From positions 124,001 to 188,000 of the forward strand of contig JYFJ02000166.1 of assembly GCA_000934665.2 (NCBI GenBank): a stretch of 64,000 nt of DNA. The letters are read 5' to 3'. The stretch's first letter is position 1, and each line of letters opens with the position of its first letter. The DNA is from Catajapyx aquilonaris. Lineage: Eukaryota. This document shows positions 1 through 12,100 of the stretch, piece after piece. A model generated the notes under the pieces. That model saw only the letters and a program-made list of their open reading frames with translations, searched no databases and was not told the origin of the DNA. A program made the position numbers and the translations under genes.

Positions 1-3000
1 TCCCTGTTCCAATGCTACGAAATGGAGCGTTTATCTCTTCCAGTGTGTATCGCAGAAAGGTAATGCAGTGTGACAGGGCGAATGCGCACAAAATAAGGGC
101 AGGCTTGAGTCAGATATTGACAGGAGATAGGGCCTATAGGGAAGATATCTTGGTGTGGGCTCGTTAATCGTAATTTAGTTATGAAAATAGACCAAGATGC
201 GTTACATGTACATATGCAGGGCGTGGCTCAGCCATAAATTGAATGTATGATAATGTATAAAGAGTGTTTGGTTTTACCATTTTTCTGCCGAACCTTTTGT
301 ATGTGATGTCAGACATAAGCATATCATGCATATACAGTGCGGTGCTATCAGTTCTTCTCTTCCAAGGCGATACACAAATTTATCCTGGGTGTTAGACGTA
401 CCTGTGAAGTCGTACGCTTGCGGGCTGCTCTTGAGAGATAGGATAAATTAGTATTCAGGCAGCTTTGCACATTCTGCACTGTAAGCGGCAACTTGCTAGC
501 TACTGAATGCCGGCCTGTGAATAACCGCTGGAATTTGGGTTTGATTTTTGTTTGGGTCGGAAATATTTATGAAAGATACCAATAAATAAGAGAAGGGCTG
601 GAAATATGTGGGCACAATTTTTTAAAAAATTACGTGTCAACAAATTAGACTTGACAGGGGCATCGACAGGCTTGTCTCAACAAACCTGATGCGCGATCTA
701 GACTGATTTATTGAAAAGAGTACGTGCCAAAATAGTTGGAAAACCACTGATTCATAAGGTAAAGCCACAAAATGGGCGGTCACCTCCCGCACAGCATTGC
801 CTCATTATACTTTTTTTTTCTTTTTCCAATCACTATTTCCAAGGATAGGCCCACCAAGTTCGACCATATCCCCTGTGTATATCCATCGGATAGGACGTCG
901 GGAAAGAAGTGACACGTCCTCTCCCTTATACTCTGTCGATTTATGCCGGCTATTACAATGTCCGTAGAATCCGTCTGGCATAGGGGAGACCCAGCAGGGA
1001 AATTATCTCACCGGTGGGCAGGGTTTACAGGATCAGCGAATGCCAAGAGATGATTTGTTCCCGGACCATTACTGTAATTGAGTACGTTCCGTCAGTCACA
1101 GCCTTGATGGGGAAACACCATTAGCGGGATGTATTCGGCGAGGGACAAGAAAATGTCCACGTTTATCTGCCCCCAGTTGGAACCTATCCTTTTCCCGTGG
1201 CCTTTTAACAGATTGGTGCAAGCATCATTTTCTGCACGGAAATACCCGGTTGAGCTGTGTTGCTATCTCTTGGCACATTTTCCGAGTGGTAGTCAGGCAA
1301 GGGACGTCCCAGGTTTGTCGGGGAACAAGCAAGGGGAGGTGGGTAGGAGGGGGGGGGGGAAGAGAGAGAAATTATGCAAGATTCAGCGGTGAAGGAGACA
1401 AGTGTGGAAGTGGAAGGCGTCAGGCGGAAAGATGCGCAGAAGGAGCAGTTGCTTGCGTGGTGCTGCTGATGCCTGAGTCCATTGTGACAGGGCGGGAAAG
1501 CGGTGGGAACGGGACGAGGCCACAAACTCTTTCAGTATACGGCTCGTAGACGGAAGATTTCTTCAGGTTGGAGTGTGTTTCGGGCGAGGACGAATTGAAT
1601 TCGTGTAGAAACATGGACTTGAACATCCAGAAATGACATGACTTATTTTTGTCAAAAATTGACGTGGTTCTGAGTAAGCTATTAAAGTGGATTCACGTAT
1701 ATTCATGGGAAAGGCTAACCACAGTTGCGGAGTTCCATTGTAATAGAATAATAATTGAAGGGTGTATAACCAGAGCGGGGCATGTTCACATTGTGATGGG
1801 AATTCAGTTTTTCTTGTTTATGGGAAGAACGCGGCCCCTCTGTTCAATTCAGTTCAAGTAGGCCTAATTATAATTTTTTGTCATTGTCATGTGTAACGGC
1901 AATTTCCAATTATTCCACTCGCATGTGTTGTATAATTTACCACAAGAAATAAATAAACGAAATGTAACTGCTGGCTTTTGCACCTGCTGTGGTTATCAAG
2001 TGAATCCACGTTAAAGTTGAGACAGTCCGCCCTCTTTTGCCCCCATTGCTGTTGTACACATCTTAGCAGGTCTATTTTATTTTATCATCAGGTTTGTCCC
2101 CTGAACTGCGTTTACTAAATGAGGATTTACATAAGAGCTGGATAAGATAGCGACAATTTTAATGGATGCAGTTCCCTTACGCGTGTTATCCTCAGGGAAA
2201 TTAGTGGAAGCTTCGATTTATTCTGTCACGCTAGTGTCACGCCTTAAAGTAATGCATTTATTTTTACGGGCAACATGTGGTAGGAATTAACTAGAGAGCT
2301 TCACCACGTGCTGGATTTGGTCATATATGCACGTTGCAAGATACTTTGTTGTTCCTCTTTCTGCGCGATTTAGGTTGCTCCCGAAGCATAACGTTGTGAA
2401 CCATGTTGCTGCGTGGATCATCCGTGATTAGCAGGCAGTAATGAGCTTGTTACTATTTATCAGCTATCAGCTCCGGATAAAATCCCGGTCTTAAAGGGCT
2501 GGAACAACTTTTTTTTGCATGTTAGCCAGCAAACAACCACAAGCCCAGTTTTTTTTAGAGCACTACAACAAGCAGCCCTTTTAAAAATGGACGCATTATA
2601 GTATTTTACACACCACACGTTCTGGAACTGGCCCATTACTTGGTTGCTGGATAATATCGCCAGTATGAACAGGCAGCGTGTTAGCGCAACTGCCTGGAGA
2701 TGGAGAGTGCATTCGCCTTAGACATGTAACCGAGTTATCAGATATTTGTTGCGCGATTGGAAAGGATATGTGGGTGTCTTGTTTTGCAGTTCGGAAGTCA
2801 GCGCCGTAAAAAGCCAATGGATTCAGAGCGGTCTGGTGGCTTAAGTAAAGGGGGTGTCAACAATCCTCATAATGAGACAAAGTGGTAATTTCTTCGGGGC
2901 GGGGGACTTGTTGACGAGGGGACACTCTTGAGGAGAGAGAGAGGATGGGGCGGGAGGGAGCGGTTGGAAAAGCAAGAGATCTGAGGCGGATTTCAAAACT

Positions 3001-3021
3001 TTGGGTCTCCTCGTTTTCCAG

Positions 3022-3121
3022 GATCCACAACTTCAGGGAGCACTTGAGAGCCGAGGCGGCTGGAGAGGCCCAGAGTCTGCTGGAGAATCGGACGTGGGAA
3101 GCCTTATCTGCAGAGGATAGG
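3022..3121 (+). CDS. Exon, first half of WHIM1-like motif (IHNFREHLRAEAAGEAQSLLENRTWEALSAEDR)
   Basis: Acceptor ctcgttttccag|, donor |gtaagt. Enters in phase 2 (upstream exon not found), exits in phase 0. Confidence 0.8.
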
Positions 3122-6100
3122 GTAAGTGAAGCAAGGGGGGGAAGATGGGAGAGGAGGTGGGGAGGTAGAGATGGAACCCGAAGGCAACAAGTCCCTGGCC
3201 GAACTCGAGCACTATTTTTGCTTCGGGGCCGGCGAGCTCCTTGATCAATCAGGAACGTAGTAGAAGAAGCCACGGTAGTAAACATGGGGGCGGAGGTTGG
3301 ATGTGCAGAACTCAACGGGAACCTGGATAAGCACGGACTATTCCGGCTATTTTTACACAGAAATCAGAAGCTGCTCGGGGAGAGACGCGTTTCTTGGAAT
3401 TAGCGGACGTTGCCGTGAGGTTTTCTCAAGATGGTCGTTGTTGTTGGGCAGGGCAATTGTACTTGCGGAGTGGCAGAGGGAGTCAGGGATAAGTTGTACA
3501 TATTTCTGGAAGTATGACAGTAATCGGTGACGTGCGGAAAGTGATTACACACGGCTTGCTGGCTGGCAGCGAAGAGGCTGCTAAGTTGTAAAGTGAAATG
3601 TTGTGCGAGTTCTAGTAGGTGATTTAATTTCTGACAACTTCTTTTAATATTTATGACAAATCACACTGCTATAATACAATGCGGTGCACTGCCCAAGTTT
3701 CTAGTTGAAGGAGAGGCGTTCAGAAAATTTATGGCTTGTTTACCCGAGCAACCAGCAACAGTCTCGACCAGAGATATGCGGCCATGATTGTTGGTTGCTG
3801 CAGGGAATAATTTGCAGCCTCTTCATCTCTCTCCTTCGGGGCTTGAGCACTGCACCACCCTATATAAAGCGCTATTAGCAAGAACCGTGTTGGAATTAGC
3901 ACCTAAGCTATATCTGTTAACCTCAGGAGTCAGTTGGGAAGGATTCCACTCAATCACCCTGTGTCTGGGCCTATTTTGTGACCAGCTCTCAGTGGACGTC
4001 GTTGGCAGCGGATCCAGGCTCCTTCACTGGAAGGAGTGACGACGTCAGTGACAGTGAGTTGTCACGCAACAATAAAAGTGTCACTAGTCGTATGCTGTAT
4101 GAGAGTTTAAGCCTCCGCAGATGAGGAGAGAAGTAAAGCAGAAGTCGTCGCAGACCTCGCCTTCTTCTTTTTTTGTGCCAAAGCGCACAGCTTCTCTTTG
4201 CCTTTCCGCCGAGTTTATTTTAGTCGAAGCTTATTCTGGGAGCCCCTTCCGAAGTAGAACTAGCTAGAATATTGGAAAAGGAGTCGTGCCATTACCACGT
4301 GGGCAGATGCGACAGAGAAAGTGGTAGCAGTGTTCCCCTTTCTGTTCCTCGAGAGAAGAGGACACGAGTGACAGCCAAGGTGGGCCTTATCCACGTGCTT
4401 TTGTGGCCCACATGTGGCCGATCGTTAGCATGCGCTGGGTTTCTGCTGTCTTGTCCCTATGCTGGCCTAGCCTCACTCTAATCCAGGGGGGTCTATTTTG
4501 CCCCCGGTGACGCGGGCGGAAGTTAGCAAAATATTCGCGTTGTGTTGCATCTCCTGGGAGTTGTTGGCCAATGTAAAAATGCCAAAGCATTGCCAAATGT
4601 CTGACGGTTTGGTATCGCAGAAATATCCTGGAATAATTAGGCAGCGGGCTGCGCGAGTTTTTCCGCTGGTTTATTTGGCGGAGGGATATGTATCCACATT
4701 GGCACCGTATTTATGGAGTTGGCTTTGTGCATTGACTGTGCAGGTATAACATTGCCAAGAAACACGCAGTCAACAAGGTTCTTACTTTCGTTACTAGCAT
4801 GAAATATAACATTATTAAGTTGTTTGCAATAATTTTGCCTGTAATCTTTTTGAGATAAAACACGAGGAGAATTGTTAATTCCATTGTAATTCCGTTTAAT
4901 TCAAATGTGTTTGTGTTAGAAAACAGTGCCATTGAATCGCGTGGATTTGCGATTTAAATATTTCAGTTCAGTGAAGTGCGTGGCTCGCACGGCTAGCAAA
5001 CGTTGTACAGCAGGCTGAACAGTATAGCTATTTCACAGCAAGGAAACGGACCTCTGTATGTTTTGGCCGGGACACCGCTTCCAGTATAGGCCAATAATGC
5101 CATGTTACATTACAGTCGTCACACACAATTAACTTCTCTGGCAACGTGCATTTGACAAGAATTTGCACACACTGTGGCATTTGGAATAAAAAAAAGGGAG
5201 TCGAGCTGTCCCTCTGCATCGAAGACAGATGTTTATCCAGTGGAAGGAATTGAGCCAATTATAATTTGCGCAGCTTTTTTTGTGTGTGTGATGGCGGGGA
5301 GCAGTTTACATTTTTTAACAGCCCGCACCCTCCAATTCCCGAAAAAAAGGAGGGTCGCTCTAAAACCAGCGACGCATCATCAGAAAATGAAACCAGTGTA
5401 AACAGAATTCCGTGTTGTTGACTCCAACAGCAATTAATCGTGTACATTTACTCAAACGAGAGGCCTGGCGGGTTCAAAGCCGTGTTGTGCTTTGCATCCA
5501 AACATTTGGATGTCAAAATGACAACAAATCAACTTGTGTCACTCTCCGAAGAAGGCAAGCAAACTGTGGTTCCCGTGCAGTGCTTGTGGTCGCTGTATGT
5601 GTAAGCCACTAAACTCGTCATCCAGCTGTGATTGTCTCATGCAGGCAAGCACAAAATGCTGGATAAAAATTGCGCCGCTGGTGTCGATGAACCAGTGGCA
5701 GAATCACCACTGCCAGTTATTTTAGCCAACAGAATTAATTGTAATATATCATGCATAAATTTGAAGATTAAGCTACTTGACACTACTTGAAAAGGTATGA
5801 TCTAAAGATTTTTTCTTTCTTTCGGCAGGTAGTGGTGCTGAAGTGGTTGTCTGACCGAGTGTTAGATGAGAAAGGAGAGGATCTGAAGGAGCATCTGGAG
5901 CAGTGGTGGCGCCCCGATGACATGGTAGGGTCAACATAAAAGAATGGCATAATTCCAATGGATGAGGGCCATAATCCTCCAAACCACGAGACTGTTTTAC
6001 AAAGCACGTTCGCTCTTGTTTCGACAGTTTCTTTGACCCCCTGCCGTACTCCTGCAGGCACAGTAGCTGTTACTCTAATTCGGAATTAAGGCTAACTCAT

Positions 6101-9100
6101 GGTGAATTTGTAGGTTTCGGGACTATAGATATGCGCGGACGTACTTTTTTGAATGGCTCCCAATTCAGCGCCTATCTTTGTTGTTATTGCTTGTGGTGCT
6201 TCCGGCCCGGGATTATTTAGTGGAATGGCCATTACTCAAGGCTTGCTCGCTTTCGTCGCCTGTGTAGATGGTTGTAACTGCGATCCTTGCAAGCTACTTT
6301 TGGCTATAACAGTGCCCAGCAACTCCTCCCAACCTCGTGCATGGATGGAGAAGAAGGCAGTCTGTTGGATACAAGGTAGAGTAGAACCACGCTTCATGGT
6401 GTATGGAGTGCTGGAACACGGAATTCCCCTTATGAATTTGATGTGGAGAGAGCACATCACATAATAGATTTTAGCTTCGGTGGTGTTGGGCTTCCCAAAA
6501 TTGCAGCCTTAATTCGATGTTGTCCATTTGCACATTATAGTCCGTTACTTGCATTCCTGGTCTCTAAACGATGACAGTTACAGATTTTAGAATCGAGGAA
6601 GTAATTAATAAGGGGGGCTATTTGGCGTCTAGGAGAATGGAATATTTGGCACGGTTGAAGCATCGGTGGAGCATTTTGCTGGGTTCATCCAGTGCGGTGG
6701 TAGACCATTCAGAATGCTTCTGGGTCCATCCCAAAAGATAGCGTCGCAAATGCGATGTTGTCCGGCAGAACACCAAAGTAGACCTCGTTTAGTAGTGTTT
6801 TAGTGTTCCGGGAGTTTCAGAAAGCCCCCACACAACTGGCAGTATTGGCTTGTCATTTGGCTGGAATAAAGCGAGTGGGCAGCTGCGACTCTGACAGAAA
6901 TTGCGCTGTTCTAGGTGCCATAGTTTTCAGAGAATAAAATAGGAGACCAAATGAACCTCGTATATTTACTCCTTGAGGCTGTCCCTGGAGACTGCTGTCC
7001 TTTCGTTTTAAAAATCAATACGTAAGGTTTTTTTTTGGGGGGGGTGGAGCTAGAATGAGGTCAATAGGAACTTACTTGTGTGCATGAAATATCTGCGGAA
7101 AGTGGGAGTTATGACGACAAGAAGGAATTCAGTAGCAGGTAGACAAGAAACTGCTTAAGTGTTGTGAATATTCACGTCACATGTTGTGGCATTGGAAGGC
7201 GTAAAAACAGTGCCTCCTACATCATTTGTTGGTTTTTTAAAAAGTTGTTGCTTTGCATAAGGGGCAGGGTGCTTTCGAACCAGCCGTTAGGTTTCGAATG
7301 ATAAATTAATGTAGGATGGGTGCCAGTTCAGATCTTAATTGGAACTGAAAATATTTATGATTAATGCAAGGGTCGCTTTGTACGTTTTGGCTGCGGTTAT
7401 GTAGGAGAGAAAGGGGATTTGGGAAGGAAAATGAGGGGAGAAATGTGCGTGGTCCTGGCGATGTCGCATTTGGATGTGGGTTGCTCCATCGAACATGCCT
7501 TTTGTGGTCCGGCAACAAACCAACTAATGAAAGCTTCCGCCGTTTTCGCAGCCCTTTGGCCATTTCATCTGATCTGCCCAAAGGGCCTTTTCGAGGGGGG
7601 CATCCGGCGCTCAAGAGGATCCTTCTTCCAAGCAAATGGGCAGCGATCCAAAATATTTCGCAAGGGATTCTGCGGGTGCCAAATTAATACCCCCCCCCCC
7701 CCTTCCCCACCAGTCTTATTATGTCCATTGGGGTCTCAACGTTTGCATCAGATACGTTGTGTATGCTCATGACCCGGGTGTGATTAGCATGTTGGAACCA
7801 GTTCTGCCGAGTTGAGGGGGCCTGTCAGGAGTAGGTGTGATATGCCTCAACGGTATGACCGTAACTGCCGGAAACTGTTGCAGCTGGTAAAGGGCAGTGT
7901 ACGTGAAAGAGTACGGATGGTGATGAATCGAGGGCATCGTGGGCCGAAAAGGTTGCGCGGTTACCGAAGGTGTGTAATTACGCATCCCATCTGCCGCAGG
8001 TGCCGTTACATGTTAGTCTCCTTGGTACTAGATTTTTTCCTTCCTTCACTCATTTTTTTTATCTCTTCGTCACCCACCCACCCAACGCCCCCATTGCGAC
8101 GTCCGAAATCCTAACGGGTTGTTGTATCATCACAGATAGATGGAAGGGGGCGATACGTTGAAATATGGCGATAACGGTGCCCATGTTTTAATCGTGGCCG
8201 CGAGTTCATTCCTCAGGTCTGACCCCGGATTAAAAATAGGTTAAAACCACGCCAGGACGGGACCTTATCGGTGCAACGTAGCCGGTTGTCGTGACACAGA
8301 TTAGCGTCTCATCCTGCCATTTGTTAACCATCTTTTCGAGAGTGCGTACAGAAGCACGTGTAGGACACGGACAAACGGCATGTTTCCGCGAAACCCCGCG
8401 TGTGCAGGATGATCACCACGGGTTTTTCTGGGCGGTAACATACGATGGGTGTGTAATCTGACGACCTTGTCGAGCACGGGTACTGGAAAAAAAGGGTTGG
8501 GTGTGTGTGTGTATGTGTGTTGTGTTTTAAAAGAGAGTAGGGGGGTAGTCGGTGGGAGTTGGTGGGGAGGCAATGTTCCGGGCAGTTTTGGGACGATCAC
8601 GCTAACTGTTGCAAATCATGCACTAGCGCCCAGGGGCAAAGGCATGAGGCTTCTCGGGGAGTCGTGTCCCAGGCGTTGGCATGCAAGCGGGGTGGCGTTT
8701 GCCAACCCTCAGACCGATTGCGGTTACTACCACGAGTCCCCAGGATTTTTACGCGTTGGTAATTGTTATTAGCATAAAGCCACTGGCGGCAGGAAGCTAA
8801 CCGAATCGAACCTGCGTCATATACCTGGCGCCCAAATTTGAAATATGTGCGTGTGGGGAATATTCAGGCATAAAACCGCGGTTTTTAAGAGGCAGGTGCC
8901 ACCCCCCTCCATGTGGCTGTCTTGAATGGGAGCCGAGAAGGCGAGTGTCATGGACTAATTGAGAAAGAATGAGTTAATTGTAGCGTGGCGGGAAGGCCCC
9001 GGATAGGAAAAAAAGAGAAAGAAAGACGAGAGAGATTGATGGAAATCGGGCGGCAGGTGGGCCTTAAAGCAGCGACTGGCCCTGCTGAGTGCGCAGTTCA

Positions 9101-12100
9101 CCCGCCCAGAAAGATGGCCGCAAAAAGCCCAGGAGGAAATCAATGCCCCGATCGGTGGGAGCCCCGCGGCGAAAACACTACTATACTGACCTGTGTTATT
9201 TCATTTGTCTGCCCTGCAGCAGGGTGGTGGGTGTCTCGTATTCCTCAATCGGACCGCCCCCTGAATTCACTCCTTAAACGGATCCCCAATTTTGGGTGAC
9301 AAGCGAGCAGGCTCTTGTTCGATAGTGGCCTTCTCTTATTTTCACATGTCCTTTTTTTGAAGTAGTTACATGCCATTTCGTGGATTTAAAAAACATGAAA
9401 AAAAGCACAGCTCTTCCGCATGGCTGTTTTGTTCTTTTCCTCTGAAATTTTGTTTTGCCCCCTTCACGTGTAGGTAATACTCTTGCACACATTCACTGTA
9501 TACATATGAAATGCATCACTATTGTTTCTTTATAGTTTGAGTAGTGTGGAGATAAGCGACTGGAGTTGGATTGCTGAGTGTGTATGTCTACTACTCTAGC
9601 CCGCACCCCTCACCTTCTGCCATGTAGTCCACTCTACTTCCTGTATCCTCTTTTTTTTCCCCTCCCTGGAGCTAAACCAGCTTCGAGTATCGTGTGGGAG
9701 GGGGTCACAAGTTCATTTCACTAGTTTTGAGCAGTGAAAGTGATAGATTTTTTTCTTGTGGCTCGCTACCTATATTCCCAGTACCTGCTGAGTGGTCCCT
9801 CGATGTGCCAGTTTCATTGCTTCCTATTTGATCCTTCCTGACCATATACCGGCCTTTCCAACAAGGGCCATCCCAGCAGCTAGATTACATATTTGACGGC
9901 CCCTGTAGTTACACCCTGTATTTGAGTTGCAGGGGAAGTCTTGCAAACACTTGCCTTGTTCGGAACAAAAGGAGCGCATTGTCGCTTTTCTTTACATTTT
10001 TTGGGGGGGTCGTTGTTGCTGCTGTGTCCGAGCACTGGGTTGACTAATGCAATAGTTTTGAAAAGCCTTGCCTGCATCAGAATACCTAGGCATAGAGATG
10101 ACATGGCAGCTGCTGCGGAATGACTGCGAGGAAAACTCATTCTCCCTGAGAGATTCCCCTCCCCTGTTGGGTATCAGAATGAAAATCTTTTGTAGGGGGG
10201 TGGGATGTAAGGGGGAAGAAGCCAAATAATTGCCCCCAGGGATGTGCGGGAGAACAGGCACGACCAAATCCCCCTTCCCGCCCCTGCTGCTGCAGCACCT
10301 TCCCCCCGACTGTCTTTGGCTCTAGTTTGTTTCACTGTGCTAGAAACCAAGCAAGTCTTAAAGAAACACTTCCGTTGCACATGTCGACCTGCATCAGTAG
10401 CTTGGACTTCCGCTTCTCCCAACCTGGCAACCTGCTCCGATCGGCCAAGGGAAACGGATTTAATTACATGAAGTGCAAAAGCCCATTTAAAACACTGGTT
10501 GTTGTAATTTGTGGAAGTTATAAGCGCGTGAAAAATACTTGGTGGTGTGTTCCGTACAGTAGCCCAAAGTCTTTTGTTAAAAGTTCAAAGGCGGTAGATT
10601 CACTTTGTATCGCAGCATTAATTCCGCGATGAAATTGTGCAGACCGGAGCGTAAATTGCAGGGCCTTTTTTTTCTACAAAAATAAAAGGCAAATGCTTAG
10701 CATTTCAGGCAGTGTTTTAATACTAGGAGAATTAATTTTAATCTGCAGTGAAAATTCTAGAGCGGGTTTATCGCAGGTTCGTGCTATGCGGACGTATCGA
10801 CACACAGTACATGAACTTTGGAGGAATTTATTAGAGACTGGCGCGAAAATCGAGCTCGGAAGCGTGTACTTGGCGATGTGTGGGTGATGCTCATTGGCTG
10901 GACTGTCACAGCGCAGCGGGGGAAACACATGAGAAACAATTATTGTGTTACGTCTGCCTGATTGGACAATCTGTCCGCAGCCTGCCAATGAAAGTCGACC
11001 TTACAGCCTACTTTGCCGAATTGATGCTCCCAATGCTTTTTGCCGAGGGACACTTTTGGTTGTGTCCTACTAGATTCCCGCTTCAGAATACACTCTTAAA
11101 ACTGGGTTGAAGCTATCTGTTGCTGCGTGTCTTACTCTGAACCAAATGCCAATTCCTGTAGCTGGCTATATGAGCAACCTCAACCCAACAGCAGTAGTTT
11201 GGAACCAGTCGTAACGCCTCCATGATGAGAAATCCTTGGGCTTTTGATTTCCTTGTTGACCATAGCACCATACTCAATCCCGTATTAAATGTCGTTCCTT
11301 GGACACTCAGCACATGGCCTCCTTCCTTCCCCCCTCTTGCCATGTTTTGTAGAGCTCTGTTTTGGCCCTCCCTGTTTCTGGTTTGTGGTCCCAACACCCA
11401 AGATCAGTGCCTACTACACCAGTAGTCGTGTACTATTGTTCCTGTCGTATTCCGTTTCAGCGCGGGCTATGTGCGGGTCAAGACGCCTTCAATAATGTGT
11501 ACTGGTATTTGGATGGTGAGTCCAAGTGCACTTTTCCTGTCACAATGTTGCTGACAACCCTCAATTCCTCTCCTTCCCTCCCACGTTTTTCCAAACGCTG
11601 CTTTTTAAGTACATCTCTCTCTTTTTTTTATATATTTCTTTTTCACTTCTTCTAATTTTTGCTCTGATGTGGAGCCCGCGGGGGGAGAAGGCGAGCAATT
11701 ATTACTTTTCTCTCACCTGCGATGCGCATTTGCATGCTTCTCTCTATTTTTTTTTTCTTTGTGTAGACTCCTGGCCCACTTCCACTCTGCTCATTTTGGT
11801 GTTGTTTTTTGCCAATTTTCGGCCTTGAGTGTCATCAGTTGCTGCGTTCTGTTTGTTTCCTTCTTCTTTTCTTCTGAGATATCGAGCAGGAAGCTTTAAG
11901 TAAAAACTGCTATCGGTTTTAGGCCGGATATCCTAATTATAACACGTGGTGACGGCATAACACGCAGGGAAGGTTGGGAGAAGATATGTATGAGAGGATT
12001 TTTTTGTTGTTGTGGTTAACTACCCACTAATATCTTGTGTGCTGTGACTACTCCTTTCCTTGCTCTGGTGGGGATTCGCAGGCAGAAAAAAAGCACGTGG

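Noticed and set aside
1..3021. Upstream DDT-domain exon for the WHIM module
   Set aside because: No convincing exon with a phase-2 donor found by eye; probably outside the window.
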